Assembly (NCBI GenBank): GCA_951406725.2
Contig: OX597823.1
Coordinates: 18,848,001 to 18,912,000 of the forward strand
DNA from: Octopus vulgaris
Lineage: Eukaryota
DNA length: 64,000 nucleotides
Direction of reading: 5' to 3'
Shown here: positions 28,711-42,151 of the stretch, in pieces
Layout: every line of letters starts with the position of its first letter
Numbering within the stretch: the stretch's first letter is position 1
The notes under the pieces: generated by a model
Seen by the model: the letters and a program-made list of their open reading frames with translations, nothing else
What the model was told of the DNA's origin: nothing
Database searches by the model: none
Translations under genes and position numbers: made by a program

Positions 28711-29304
28711 CTCCAGCATGGCCGCAGTCAGATGACTGAAACAAGTAAAAGAGTAAAAGAGTAAAAGAGTATGATATTACATATATGATATCCATAAAAC
28801 CATCAGTCAACAGACAAACGTTTGTTATATCATAGTAAATCCTTACCCCTTGCCCGCTGGCCGCTTGATAATGTCCGCTGCTTCCATTTTGTTACAAAAT
28901 ATAATCTTATCTATTTGGGAGCTATCAATCACTCTTCACGTCTTCATTTCTTTCTTTTTGTCTACATGCCTATCTTCAGCCCCCGCCTCTCTCTCTCTTT
29001 CTGTCGGTCTGTCTGTCAGTCTGTGTGTATGTGTGTGTATGTGTGTGCGTGTGTGTGTGTGTGTTTGTGTGGCTTCCATTTCTTTTCACTTTTTCTCCAC
29101 AATACCGTACGTTTCAATTGCCACACTCTCTTCCACCCTCTCTCTCTTCCCTCCCCCTCTTTCATTCTCTCTCTCTCTCTCTTTCTCTTCTCAACTCCGT
29201 TTCTTTTTCTCACACTCTTAATCTGCCTCACGTGGATCCCTTTTTTTCCTATTCTATCAACCTTTCTTTCGCCTGCCTATGAACAGCCACACACACACAC
29301 ACAC

Positions 29305-29619
29305 TAATACATTCTGCATATACATACACGCACACAATCACATACACACACACACACTCATACATTCTGCATATACATACACGCACACAATCACATACAC
29401 ACACACACACATACATTCTGCATATACATACACACACACAATCACATACACACACACACACTCATACAGTCTGCATATACATACACGCACACAATCACAT
29501 ACACACACACACTCATACATTCTGCATATACATACACGCTCACGATTACACACATACACACACACAATACATACATTCTGCACATACATAAAGCACACAA
29601 TCACACACACACACACAAT

Positions 29620-29620
<1 letters not shown>
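29305..29620. repeat. ~52-bp CA-rich minisatellite (ATACATTCTGCATATAC...), about 6 units
   Basis: Recurring TACATTCTGCA anchor. Confidence 0.85.
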
Positions 29621-29652
<32 letters not shown>

Positions 29653-29782
29653 ACACGTGATGTTTGTAGCAAAAGATGAGCATTTTAGATTGAAGGAATC
29701 CATTTAGAGCTGAACACATGTTGCTGGATATGTCATCACGGGAACGATTGTTTTAAAGTGATGAGATAAATCTCTGGGAAAA

Positions 29783-30004
29783 GACGACGACGATGACGAT
29801 GACGATGACGGTGGTGGCGGTGGTGGTGGTGGTGGTGGTGGTGGTGGTGGTGGTGGTGGCGGTGGCGGTGGTGGTGGTGGTAGTGGTGGTGGTGGTGGTG
29901 GTGGTGGTGGTGGTGGTGGTGGTGGTGGTGGTGGTGGTGGCGGTAGTGGTGGTGGTAGTGGTGGTGGTGGTGGTGGTGGTTTGGGGAGGTGATGATGATG
30001 ATGT

Positions 30005-30054
<50 letters not shown>

Positions 30055-30078
30055 ATGATGATGATGATGATGATGACT

Positions 30079-30123
<45 letters not shown>

Positions 30124-30147
30124 ATGATGATGATGATGATGATGACT

Positions 30148-30188
<41 letters not shown>

Positions 30189-30700
30189 GGAAGAGGATGT
30201 GGAAGAAGAGGATATCGAAGGAAAAGTAGGAGGGGAAACGAAGAAGAAGACGAAGAAGACGAAGAAGAAGAAGACGGAGAAAGAGGAGAAGAAGAGGGGG
30301 AGGAGGGGGAGGAAGACGAATGAGGAGGAAGACGAATAAGGAGGAGGAGAAGGGGAGGAGACGGGGAGGAGGGGAGAAGAAGAAGATGATGAAAATGAAG
30401 ATGAAGAGCAAGAAGAAGAAGAGCAAGAAGAAGAAGAAGAAGAAGAAGAAGAAGAAGAAGGAGAAGAAGAAGAAGAAGAAGAAGAAGAAGAAGAAGAAGA
30501 AGAAGAAGAAGAAGAAGAAGAAGGAGAAGAACAAGAAGAAGAACAAGAAGTGTAGGAGGAGAGGAGAAGAGATAAGTAGGTGACAGCACCAGCAGCATCG
30601 GCAGCAGCAGCAATAACAAGTAAAACAGAAACCTTGATAGCAGCCACCCCCAACAACATCACCACCAACAACAACAGCAGCAGCAGCAGCAGCAAAAGCA
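29783..30700. repeat. Compound trinucleotide array (GGT)n-(GAT)n-(GAA)n-(CAG)n
   Basis: Direct. Confidence 0.95.
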
Positions 30701-30829
30701 ATAAAAACAAGAACATTAGTTGCAGCAACATTTCTCAGATGGTCGATTCGAAACCAATTTATCAATCAAAACTGGCATTGTGCTCATTTCGAGTTTTCAA
30801 AAAAAAGCCACTTACTCTTTCTACTTCTC

Positions 30830-31134
30830 TCATTCTCTCTTTTCTCTCTCTCTCTCCTCCTTTAACTCCCTCATTCTCTCTTTTCTTTCTTTCGTTCGTT
30901 CTTTCTTTCTTACCCTCTCTCTCTCTCTTTCTCTCTCTCCTCCTTTAACTCCCTCATTCTCTCTTTTCTTTCTTTCTTTCGTTCGTTCTTTCTTTCTTAC
31001 CCTCTCTCTCTCTCTCTCTCTCTCCTCTTTTAACTCCCTCATTCTCTCTTTTCTTTCTTTCTTTCGTTCGTTCTTTCTTTCTTTCCTTCTCTCTCTCTCT
31101 CTCTCTCCTCTTTTAACTCCCTCATTCTCTGTTT

Positions 31135-31181
<47 letters not shown>

Positions 31182-31555
31182 CTCTCTCTCTCTCGCTCCT
31201 CTCTCCTTTTTTAACTCTCTCATTCTCTCTTTTCTTCCTTTCTTTATTTCTTTCTTTCTCTCTTTCTCTCTCTCTCTCACTCTTTTTTTTTACACTCTGA
31301 AACACATATACATGCACACACTTTCTTTCCCTCTCTCTCTCTCTCTCTCTCCTTTAACTCCCTCATTCTCTCTTTTCTTTTTTTCTTTCTTTCGTTCTTT
31401 CTCTCTCTCTCGCTCCTCTCTCCCTCTTACCTTCTCTCGTTCTCTCTCTCTCTCTCTCTTTCGTTTTCTCTCTCCCTCTTACCTTCTCTCCCCGCCTCTC
31501 TCTCTCTGTTACCCTATCTCTCTCATATACCTTCTTTCTTCCTCTCTCTCTCTCA
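30830..31555. repeat. Polypyrimidine tract with higher-order unit TTTAACTCCCTCATTCTCT (about 6 copies)
   Basis: Direct. Confidence 0.85.
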
Positions 31556-32275
31556 CTCAAAAAAAGAAGGAAAGAAGGAAAAATTAAGAGACAAGAAGCA
31601 AACGAAAAACATAAGCTAACAAAAATCGCACAAAATATATAAAATAGTCGACCAAAGCTTGAATAAAGTAAAATATAAAAACGGACAAACAGCACCACCA
31701 CCATCACAAAACAAAAAATATATATATATATATATTACATAAAGTGAATTAAAAACTAAATAAACAAACGTGATAAACACTGAAAAAGAAAATGGCGGAT
31801 AAATAGAGCAAAAAGCGGAAGAAAATAGCTTATAAAAATGGCGTGTAATTTCAGTTGATTTGAGAATGTACAGTGAAATACAAGTAAAACTAACAGTTAA
31901 AAATCTCGTCTGTTGTAGGTATTGCTCTTCTGATCGATACAAACATTATTGTGAAGCGGATTGGATGGATGAATGGATGGATGGATAGCTTCATACCAGG
32001 GATATTGGCTGGTTTATCAGTATGCCGTCCACATTTTTACCTATCAATCTATACAGATAGCTATCGGAATAAGTATCTACCCGCTGATCTTCTCTTTTGT
32101 TTTTTGGTTCCTTTGTTTTGTTTTGTTTTTGTTTGTTTTTTTTTTGTGTGAAGGGTTATTCTTGTCTGTCTATGAAATGGTTTATCAGTCAATCTGTCTA
32201 TTCATCTGTCTGTCTGACTTCCTCTCTACCTATATTTATCTATTTTTCCATATACATACATATACACGCACGCAC

Positions 32276-32761
<486 letters not shown>

Positions 32762-32932
32762 TGTATATATGGGTGCCTGCATGTATGTGTGTTACGTATG
32801 CATGAGTGTGTACATATGTGTGTGTGTGTGTAAATACACATACATACATATATATGTATTACAATATGTGACCGCGTGGGTATATCGTTGGCGATTTTCT
32901 TTCTCCCTCTTTCCTTCTTTGGACTTTTCTAT

Positions 32933-32967
32933 ATTTCTGATGAAGAGCTCCGCTCGAAACGTGAAAT
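32933..32967 (+). ncRNA. Minimal type I hammerhead ribozyme motif in a ~190-bp Penelope-like repeat (32868-33061)
   Basis: ATTT-CTGATGA-A-GAGC(tcc)GCTC-GAAA-CGT-G-AAAT; G at the cleavage position, so probably inactive. Confidence 0.7.
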
Positions 32968-33480
32968 CCTCTTTTCTTTCCTTTCCTGAACATTCAATAA
33001 CACAGTACTTGTTCCACGTCCTCGCGTTGTTGTTTTTTCTTGCTTGCTCTTGTTTGGATTGCATACATACATACATACATACATACATACATACATACAT
33101 ACATACATACATACATACATACATACATACATACATACATACATACTCACACATAAATATATATGTACCTGTACATGTATGTACCTAAATGTGACTAGGG
33201 TGTTAGGAAACACCTACATTGCTACAAATGAGAGCTAAACCGCTCTTTAACGCACATGAATGAAAATATATACACTAACAAGGACCTACAGCATTAGAGC
33301 GCTTTAGGTTATATTTCTAGCAATGTAGTGACATTTGTAATTCTCCTTTTTTGTGAAACATTGCAAACTGCTGTTTATATCAATTTTGTATATGTATGTA
33401 TATATGCATATACGCATTTGTGTTCAAGCATATTCTAAACATATTCTAAACATACATACATACATACATACATACATACA

Positions 33481-33514
<34 letters not shown>

Positions 33515-34228
33515 CATGTGTATTTGAGTGAGTGTGTGTGTGTATGTGTGTGTGTGTGTGTTTGTGTGTGTGTGTTTGTTTGTATGTGTACGTATATGTG
33601 TGTATGTATTCTATGATGGCTCTTACGGGAACAAAAATAGAGTATTCAAGACAAGACTATAATGATATAGTCAATGTAAGGGTGAACAATCACAAATCAT
33701 AATTTCATATCTGAGTAATAACTGAATCAATCTTTAGACAGTGGAAGGTACTGGTCATATATTGTCTGAAGATTGTCTGGGGTATTACACAAATATGAAA
33801 CTTTTTAATTAATAACAATTACTTCAGGACTTTTATATCATGCGGGTTGTCCGATAGTTTCAACGATGAAATTTCTTATTAGATTGTTAGATCAAGCGAA
33901 TTCGTACTCATGAAATTAACGGGTTCGCGGTTGAATATTTCCCAGGTTGAATCGACCGGCTAGAAGTGACGTTAAAATCTCCCTCAAATTACTCTCCTGA
34001 AAGCTTAATACAAAGGAAGTATGCACTGAGTAATGTAGTCCTAGACAAGATTAACATGGAAATAGCAAGACTTGATAGTGTTGGATAGAATGCCTTGTTT
34101 GTTCCTGGTTCAAATACCGCCGAGGTCAACATTACCTTATAACCTTTCGAAGTTTTTAAATAATGTCCCCGCCAATATCGGAGTACAACAGTCTTCTCTC
34201 CTCCACCACCTTTCTCTCTCTCTCTCTC

Positions 34229-34266
<38 letters not shown>

Positions 34267-34503
34267 GTATCTCTTCGTTGCACCGGAATTCAAATGTCCA
34301 GTTTTGTCCCAATATGTCATGTTATCATGTATTTATATGCGTGTGTGAATGTAAATAAGCATATATACATACATAGATACATACATACATGCATGCATAT
34401 ATATATATATATATAGGGAGAGTTTACAAAAAAAAAAAGACGAAGACAGGTGGTGTACAAAACAAACAGATGTATTAGTATAACGCTCAGGAATAGAAAT
34501 AGT

Positions 34504-34539
34504 CTTTTACGTTTCGAGCCTACGCTCTTCTACAGAAAG
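34504..34539 (-). ncRNA. Hammerhead-like motif (variant core CUGUAGA) in a short repeat (34414-34595)
   Basis: CTTT-CTGTAGA-A-GAGC(gtag)GCTC-GAAA-CGT-A-AAAG. Confidence 0.6.
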
Positions 34540-34646
34540 GGACGCAGAAAAAACAAGGAGAGAAAAAAATGTGTGTAGTGGCTAACGATCTATCATATAT
34601 ATATATATATATACGCACAGTCTTGCATATATGCGTATACACACAT

Positions 34647-34693
<47 letters not shown>

Positions 34694-34730
34694 TATATAT
34701 ATATATATAAACATACACATATATTTATAT

Positions 34731-34955
34731 ATATAGAAGTAAATGTAGGTACAAACAAGTTAGACGGATCAATATAAAAAGTATATTAAATACATGAAAT
34801 ACGAAAAATGTATTTATGTTTGCATACGAAAAGGTCCGACTTGTATATAAACCTTTGTGTATGTAAACATATATACGTTTTTTGCATGTCATGTACTTAA
34901 TATACTTTATATATTGATCTGTCTAACTTGCTTATTCCTACCTTTACTTCTATAT
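34731..34955. repeat. ~225-bp imperfect hairpin
   Basis: ATATAGAAGTAAA...AAAGGT / ACCTTT...TTTACTTCTATAT; about 105-bp arms with a ~15-nt loop. Confidence 0.9.
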
Positions 34956-35038
34956 TCGCTCAAGGTTAGACCTCCTGGGCTCAACTAAGTGTATTCTATA
35001 CAGAGAATATCTGATTCTCCTCTATGAACTATGCAGAT

Positions 35039-35142
<104 letters not shown>

Positions 35143-35425
35143 GAACATACACGAACAAAACAAAGAAACAGACTAACAGGCAAAGAGACTAAGAGGGATG
35201 GAAAAAGAGAATGCGCAAGAATGTTAGGTAAATTTACGACCATTTTTGAAAATTCCTTTGACCCGAAATTCAATAAAACTTATTCTTTCGGAGGGTATGT
35301 CGTTCAGTTTTCGTTGATTCGATCGAAAAGGCATAAGCATTCATTCATCCCATTTTCATATTCTTTAAGGTTTCATAATAACGTAAACACATTTTTAAGC
35401 GTCGTTGTGTAAAGTATTGAAAGTA

Positions 35426-35985
35426 TTGGGTTGTCCGGAAAGTTCGTGCCGATTTTTAAAGGAAAGAAAAAGATCAATAAATACTTGCCATTGCATTTTT
35501 AATCAACCAAATATGAACCATTTTGTTGCACAATGTGTCTCCATCTTTCCCTTAACTTGAAAATACTCTCTTCTCAGACTTGAGGTGGTTTCATGGCAAA
35601 GAATTCATCAAGGTATCTTTTTATGTCATCCAAGGAATTGAAATTTTTACCATTAAGACTATTCTGCAGAGACCTGAATAAGTGGAAATCCGAAGGAGCA
35701 ATATCTGGTGAAAATGGAGGGTGGGGTAGCACATCCCAGCCAAGCTGCAGCAATTTTTGTCTGATTCCCAAAGCATGAAGTGCCGAAAATGAACTTTCGC
35801 ATCTTCCATTTTACAGAATTAACACAGATTATAGAAACATAAACCTTCTTCCACGAAAAGATAGCTTAAACTGTGCTCTAAATGGAGGTGTAGCCAAATC
35901 CTATTTTATGGATTCAACCATGTTCTAAAATAAGTCGAAAGGTAAGCTACTATATAAATCGGCACGAACTTTCCGGACAACCCAA
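35426..35985 (-). mobile_element. Internally deleted mariner element
   Basis: 30-bp perfect TIRs TTGGGTTGTCCGGAAAGTTCGTGCCGATTT, TA TSD; N-terminal MEDAKVHFRHFMLWE joined to LGWDVLPHPPFSPDIAPSDFHLFRSLQ. Confidence 0.95.
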
Positions 35986-36328
35986 TAAATATCATTAATC
36001 TGGACAAGAAAAGTAGATCAACCTGACTAGTTTTAGCGCTTATTTTTTTATTGCTTCATCAGAGATCTTTTACTGATCGGAAAGTGAGTAGAACTGTAGT
36101 AGCTATTTATAGCAAATACAAACATGGTTTGAACTAAATTAGACAATCTGATTTGCATTACGACGCAAGGACTAACATAGTGAAGAATTAGTTAATAAAA
36201 AAAAATTAATTTGATTTAGATTTTTATTTATTCTAACACTTTATAGTGCTTCCATTAATAAACACACAAGCAAACAAACATGGATATTTAGATAGAGGAA
36301 TAGATCGATTGACAGACAGAGATAGATG

Positions 36329-36377
<49 letters not shown>

Positions 36378-36629
36378 ACACATATATATATATATACACG
36401 CACATACACACACATATACATACATACACATACATAGATATGTGTCTGTGGTGTACTTGTGCGTATGTATACACATACAAGCATACATATATGTGTGTGT
36501 ATGTCGATATACTGAAATATGTTAATTTATGTAAATGTATGCACATACATACATACACACCTGCTAACACATTTACACATGGCGACACAAACAGAAGCAC
36601 ATAGGTATCTATACACACATACATTATAG

Positions 36630-37038
36630 TCCGTCTCTCCCTCTCTCATTTCTCTCACCCTCTCACACTCTCTCTTTCTCTCTCTCTCTCTCTTTCTCCG
36701 TCCCTCTCCCATCCCTCTCATCCTCTCTCTTTCTCCCAACTCTCTTACCCTCTCACTCTCTCTTTCTTTCTTTCTTTCTTTTTTCTTTCTTTCATTCTTT
36801 CTTTCTCTTTCTCTCTCTCTCTTTCTCTCTCCCTCTCTCATCTCTCTCACTCTTTCTTTCCTTCCCTTTCTCACTCTCTCTTTCTCTCTCCCTCTCCCAT
36901 CTCTCTCTCACTCTTTCTTTCTTTCTCTTTTTCTCTCTCTCTCTTTCTCTCTCCCTCTCCCATCTCTCTCGCTCTCTCACTCTTTCTTTCTCTTTCTCTC
37001 TCTTTCTTTCTCTCACTCTTTCTTTCTTTCTTTCTCTT

Positions 37039-37072
<34 letters not shown>

Positions 37073-37368
37073 TCTGCTTCTCTCTCCCTCTTCCATCTCT
37101 CTCGCTCACTCTTTCTTTCTTTCCTTTTCTCACTCTCTCTTTCTCTCTCCCTCTCCCATCTCTCTCGCTCTCTCACTCTTTCTTTCGTTCTTTCTTTCTC
37201 TCTCTTTCTTTCTCTCACTCTTTCTCTCTCCCTCTCCCAACTCTCTCACCCTCCCATTTTCTCTCTCTCTTTTTCTCTTTCAATCCCTTTCTCTCTCCCT
37301 CTCCCATCTCTGTCATCCTTTCACTCCCCTCTCTCTCCCCGTCTCCCCCTCTCTCTCTCTCTCTCTCT
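36630..37368. repeat. CT-rich polypyrimidine tract with recurring CTCTCCCTCTCCCATCTC
   Basis: Direct. Confidence 0.9.
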
Positions 37369-37613
37369 TATCTTACCTCATCCGTGTCAAGTGCAACTTT
37401 GACGGACTTCTCAAACGTTGTTAGCATTATGTTACGGTGTGTAGTGTCTGTATTTGCATGTGAGTGTAGTGAGAGCATCCATACTGTATGTATATGAGCG
37501 AAAGTATGTGTGTGAACGTGCGTGCCTGCATGTGTGTGTGTTTGAACATATGTGTGTGTGTGTATGAGTGTGTGTGTGTGTTTATACATATATGTATGTG
37601 CATTTGAACATAC

Positions 37614-37667
<54 letters not shown>

Positions 37668-37691
37668 GTATGTATTTGTATGTGCATTTGA

Positions 37692-37736
<45 letters not shown>

Positions 37737-38337
37737 TATATGTATGTATGTATTTGTATGTATATTTGAACATATATGTGTATGTATATGTGTGTGCATG
37801 TGTATTTGAATGCGTATATGTGTATATACATGTGTATGTGTGTGTGTGTACGTGCATCTCTCCGCAGTTCTTAAAGTCTGTTGTAAGGTTTCGGATGAGG
37901 CAACCAAATGCCATTAAGTAAATTAAGGATTAGAACTGCAAAACAACATGACATAAGAGATGAAGAGATAAAAAGAGAGACAAGCCTCTCGGAATATAGT
38001 TCAGACACGAAGACAGAATGGAAGAAAGAGAGAAGGAAGAAAAGGGAGAAGGAAGGAAGGAAGAACGAAAGAGAAAGAGAGAGATTGTAACAGCGGTATC
38101 TCATTTGTTGAAGTGTAGTAGATCTTACAAGTAAATTCCTTTGATGCACACAATACAGAAAGCCTCATTTAAGGGGGTTTTATCGTGATCGAATACATTT
38201 TATTATGTAGGCTTATGTGGCTTAACTTTTTATGTTCATTGGCAAGGCATGACCGCCTCCGCTTCCCATGTTATTGTTTGGATTCTCTAAGTTTTCATAA
38301 TATTGCAAGACACACGCCCTTGCGGAGAATAAAGAAA

Positions 38338-38412
<75 letters not shown>

Positions 38413-38416
38413 CAGC

Positions 38417-38449
<33 letters not shown>

Positions 38450-38474
38450 GGTGGTGGTGGTGGTGGTGGTGGTG

Positions 38475-38528
<54 letters not shown>

Positions 38529-38544
38529 AAAATATTACATACTA

Positions 38545-39628
38545 TTTTAGTTAGCAGGGATGTCTTGAGATTTGGTGACAAGTCTCTCAATTCTCGAAAA
38601 TCTTTCTTATTTCTTTATTGCTCACAAGGGGCTAAACATAGAGGGAACAAACAAGGACAGACGAAGGTATTAAGTCTATTACATGGACCCCAGTGCGTAA
38701 CTGGTACTTATTTAATCGACCCCGAAAGGATGAAAGGCAAAGTCGACCTCGGCGGAATTCGAACTCAGAACGTAGCAGCAGACGAAATACCTATTTCTTT
38801 ATAACCTACAAGGGGCTAAACATAGAGGGGACAAACAAGGACAGACATAGGTATTAAGTCGATTACATCGACCCCAGTGCGTAACTGGTACTTAATTTAT
38901 CGACCCCGAAAGGATGAAAGGCAAAGTCGACCTCGGCGGAATTTGAACTCAACATAACGGCAGACGAAATACCTATTTCTTTACTACCCACAAGGGGCTA
39001 AGGACAGACAAACGGATTAAGTCGATTATATCGACCCCAGTGCGTAACTGGTACTTAATTTATCGACCCCGAAGGGATGAAAGGCAAAGTCAACCTCGGC
39101 GGAATTTGAACTCAGAACGCAACAGCAGACGAAATACGGCTACGCATTTCGCCCGGCGTGCTAACGTTTCTTCCAGCTCGGCGCCTTTTCGAAAATCTTT
39201 CTAAGGATTCTTTACTGAATACAGGATCACACTTTCCCTGTAAGTCGACAGTTCGGGGTCTCAATTATAACCCTGAGTCTCTTAAGTAGCCGTTTGAGTG
39301 CTGTGTCAAAGGCAAACAGTAACCACAGAAATATTTGTCACTTTTGTCTTGCACAATCTCTTAATCTTTCTTGTTAGGTCTTGTCAATGTATTTGTCAAT
39401 GTTCGTCAATTCTTTTAATATCCATTCTACTCTCATCTGGTATTGCAAAGTTTATGATCTTAATCTCTTCCTTTCTTTTTTGATCTCTACAGTCATATTT
39501 GGTCTCCTTGCTTCACGACAATTGTCAGTCTCTATGGAGAAATCCCATAAAATCCTTTAATTATCATTCGCCATCAGTCTTTCGTTCGAATTCATACCAA
39601 TTTTCTATCACTTTGAATCCACAAACTT
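38545..39628 (-). mobile_element. R4/Dong-like RLE LINE 3' fragment ending in (CTA)n, split by a SINE
   Basis: Minus strand ENWYE...RILWDFSIETD..EARRPNMTV...INFAIPDE...DKY...RILRKIF; 3' end abuts (TAC)n at 38340-38527. Confidence 0.8.
38608..39188 (-). mobile_element. SINE family A trimer inside one TSD pair
   Basis: TSD TCGAAAATCTTTCT at 38594-38607 and 39189-39202. Confidence 0.9.
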
Positions 39629-39837
39629 CATTATTATTATTTTGTTGTTGTTGTTGTTACTATTGTTGTTGTTGTTGTTTTCGTTGTTGTTGTTGTTATT
39701 ATCATTATCATTATGGTTTTTTTCAGGCTCGCTCTTATTCCTGATAGGATTTATGTGGGTTGCGGGTTACTACCTGTAACCTTAGGTATCCACAAGTTTT
39801 CAGCAGCCTTTCAAGTGCTTAGAGCCCTCCTGGTATA

Positions 39838-39855
39838 GTATTATTATTATTATTG

Positions 39856-39925
<70 letters not shown>

Positions 39926-39944
39926 CATCATCATCATCATCATC

Positions 39945-39984
<40 letters not shown>

Positions 39985-39993
39985 TTATTATTG

Positions 39994-40039
<46 letters not shown>

Positions 40040-40065
40040 CATTACTATCAATATTATTGTTATCA

Positions 40066-40099
<34 letters not shown>

Positions 40100-40179
40100 C
40101 ATTATTATTATTATCATCATCATCATTATCATTATTATTATCATCATCATTATCATTATTATTATCATCATTATTATTT

Positions 40180-40238
<59 letters not shown>
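39838..40238. repeat. (TTA)n/(TCA)n microsatellite
   Basis: Direct. Confidence 0.95.
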
Positions 40239-40240
<2 letters not shown>

Positions 40241-40536
40241 GGCGAAAGCTGGTAGTGTCGTTAGCAGATTGGACAGAATTCTTAGCGGCATTTCTCCCGG
40301 CTCTATTCGTTTTGAGTTCAAATTCCGCCAACTTCGACTTTGACTTTCACCCTTTGGGGATCAATGATATAAATACCAGTCGATCACTGAGATCGACGTA
40401 ATCGACTTACCCAGTTCCCTAAAATTGGTGGCCTTGTGCCAAAATTTGAAACCACTATTATTGCTGTTGCTGTTGTTGCTGTTGTCGTTGTTGTTGTCGT
40501 TGTTGTTGTTGGTGGTGGTGGTGGTGGTGGTGGTGC

Positions 40537-40598
<62 letters not shown>

Positions 40599-40815
40599 TT
40601 ATTAAGGCGGCGAGCTGGCTGATTCGTTAGCACGCCAGGCGAAATGCTTAGTGTTATTTCATCTGCCGCTACGTTCTGAGTTCAAATTCCGCCGAGGTCG
40701 ACTTTGCTTTTCATCCTTTCGAGATCGATAAAATAAGTACCAGTTGAACATCGGGGCCAATGTAACCGACTAGCCCCTTTCCTCAACTACTGGTCTGGGC
40801 CAAAATTTGAAACCA
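40238..40815 (+). mobile_element. Two older SINE family A copies separated by trinucleotide repeats
   Basis: Heads at about 40239 and 40604. Confidence 0.8.
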
Positions 40816-41289
40816 TTATTATTGATTGCCGTAGCGATAAGCATGTTTTTGCTGAAGTTTTTTTTTTGTGTGTTGTTGTATTTTGTTTGGGTCAGGCATA
40901 TTACCAAAAAAAAGGAAAATATCATTCTTTAGATTACCTGCCAATCAGGATTTTAGTTGTGTATGACTTCTCCAGAGGTCGGCAGAAAAATGACTTAGTC
41001 TGTATAGATTTTAACTTCGTCTGAGACATTTTCACGTTAAAATGGCTGTTAGACAAATACGAAACGCCTCACGAGAAATGAAAAAATATTGCAATAACAC
41101 ACAAAATAAACAGCAGGGCAAACACAAATTGCATGAAGGAATGAACACTTACAGCAAAAGGGGAAAATAACGAGCATTTAATTGAACAGTTAATAGAAAA
41201 TTAACAGTTTAACAAATATTTCGTATGATAACGGTAACAAAAATAACAGCAGTAAAATTCGTGCACGGCATATATGTCATAGAATGCAT

Positions 41290-41677
41290 GGATGGAAGCA
41301 CTTCGTCGGTTACGACGACGAGGGTTCCGGTTGATCCGATCAACGGAACAGCCTGCTCGTGAAATTAACGTGTAAGTGGCTGAGCACTCCACAGACACGT
41401 GTACCCTTAACGCATTTCTCGGGGATATTCAGCGTAACACAGAGAGTGACAAGGCCGGCCCTTTGAAATACAGGTACAACAGAAACAGGAAGTAAGAGTG
41501 AGAGAAAGTTGTGGTGAAAGAGTACAGCAGGGATCACCACCATCCCCTGCCGGAGCCTCGTGGAGCTTTTAGGTGTTTTCGCTCAATAAACACTCACAAC
41601 GCCCGGTCTGGGAATCGAAACCGCGATCCTACAACCGCGAGTCCGCTGCCCTAACCACTGGGCCATTGCGCCTCCAC
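41290..41677 (-). mobile_element. SINE family B, tail type 2
   Basis: TSD CATAGAATGCAT; matches 60897-61282. Confidence 0.9.
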
Positions 41678-41786
41678 CATAGAATGCATATGCTTGCAGC
41701 GTGAAGTAGTCAGTTTTGCCTCTGTTGTATACACACATAGTTTTTAGCCTGGAAGAAGTTTCTAGAAGAATTATTGATAGAGATAC

Positions 41787-42104
41787 AGGTGCAGCAGTGG
41801 CTGTGTAATATGAAGCTTGCTTCCCAGCCACGTGGTTCCAGGTTCAGTCCTACTACATGGGCACCTCGGGCAAGTGTCTTCTACCATAGCCGCGTGCCGA
41901 CCGAAGCCTTGTGAGGGGATTTGGTAGACGGAAACTGAAAGAAGCCCGTCGTATATATATGTAATATATATATATATTCTATTATATGTTTCAGCCTTGA
42001 GGCTGCGGCCATGCTGGGGCACAGCCAATGGAAGAGAAGGTTCTGGCGATGTATGCAATAAATGTATATGCAATATATATATATATATGCATACATACAG
42101 ACAC

Positions 42105-42151
<47 letters not shown>

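Noticed and set aside
29704-30765. 353-aa and 331-aa ORFs with poly-F/H/P/S
   Set aside because: Trinucleotide arrays open in several frames on both strands; no domain
31885-31965. Branch-point ACTAAC plus TTGTAG acceptor, YCSSDRYKHYCE
   Set aside because: No downstream donor; runs into a GGAT repeat
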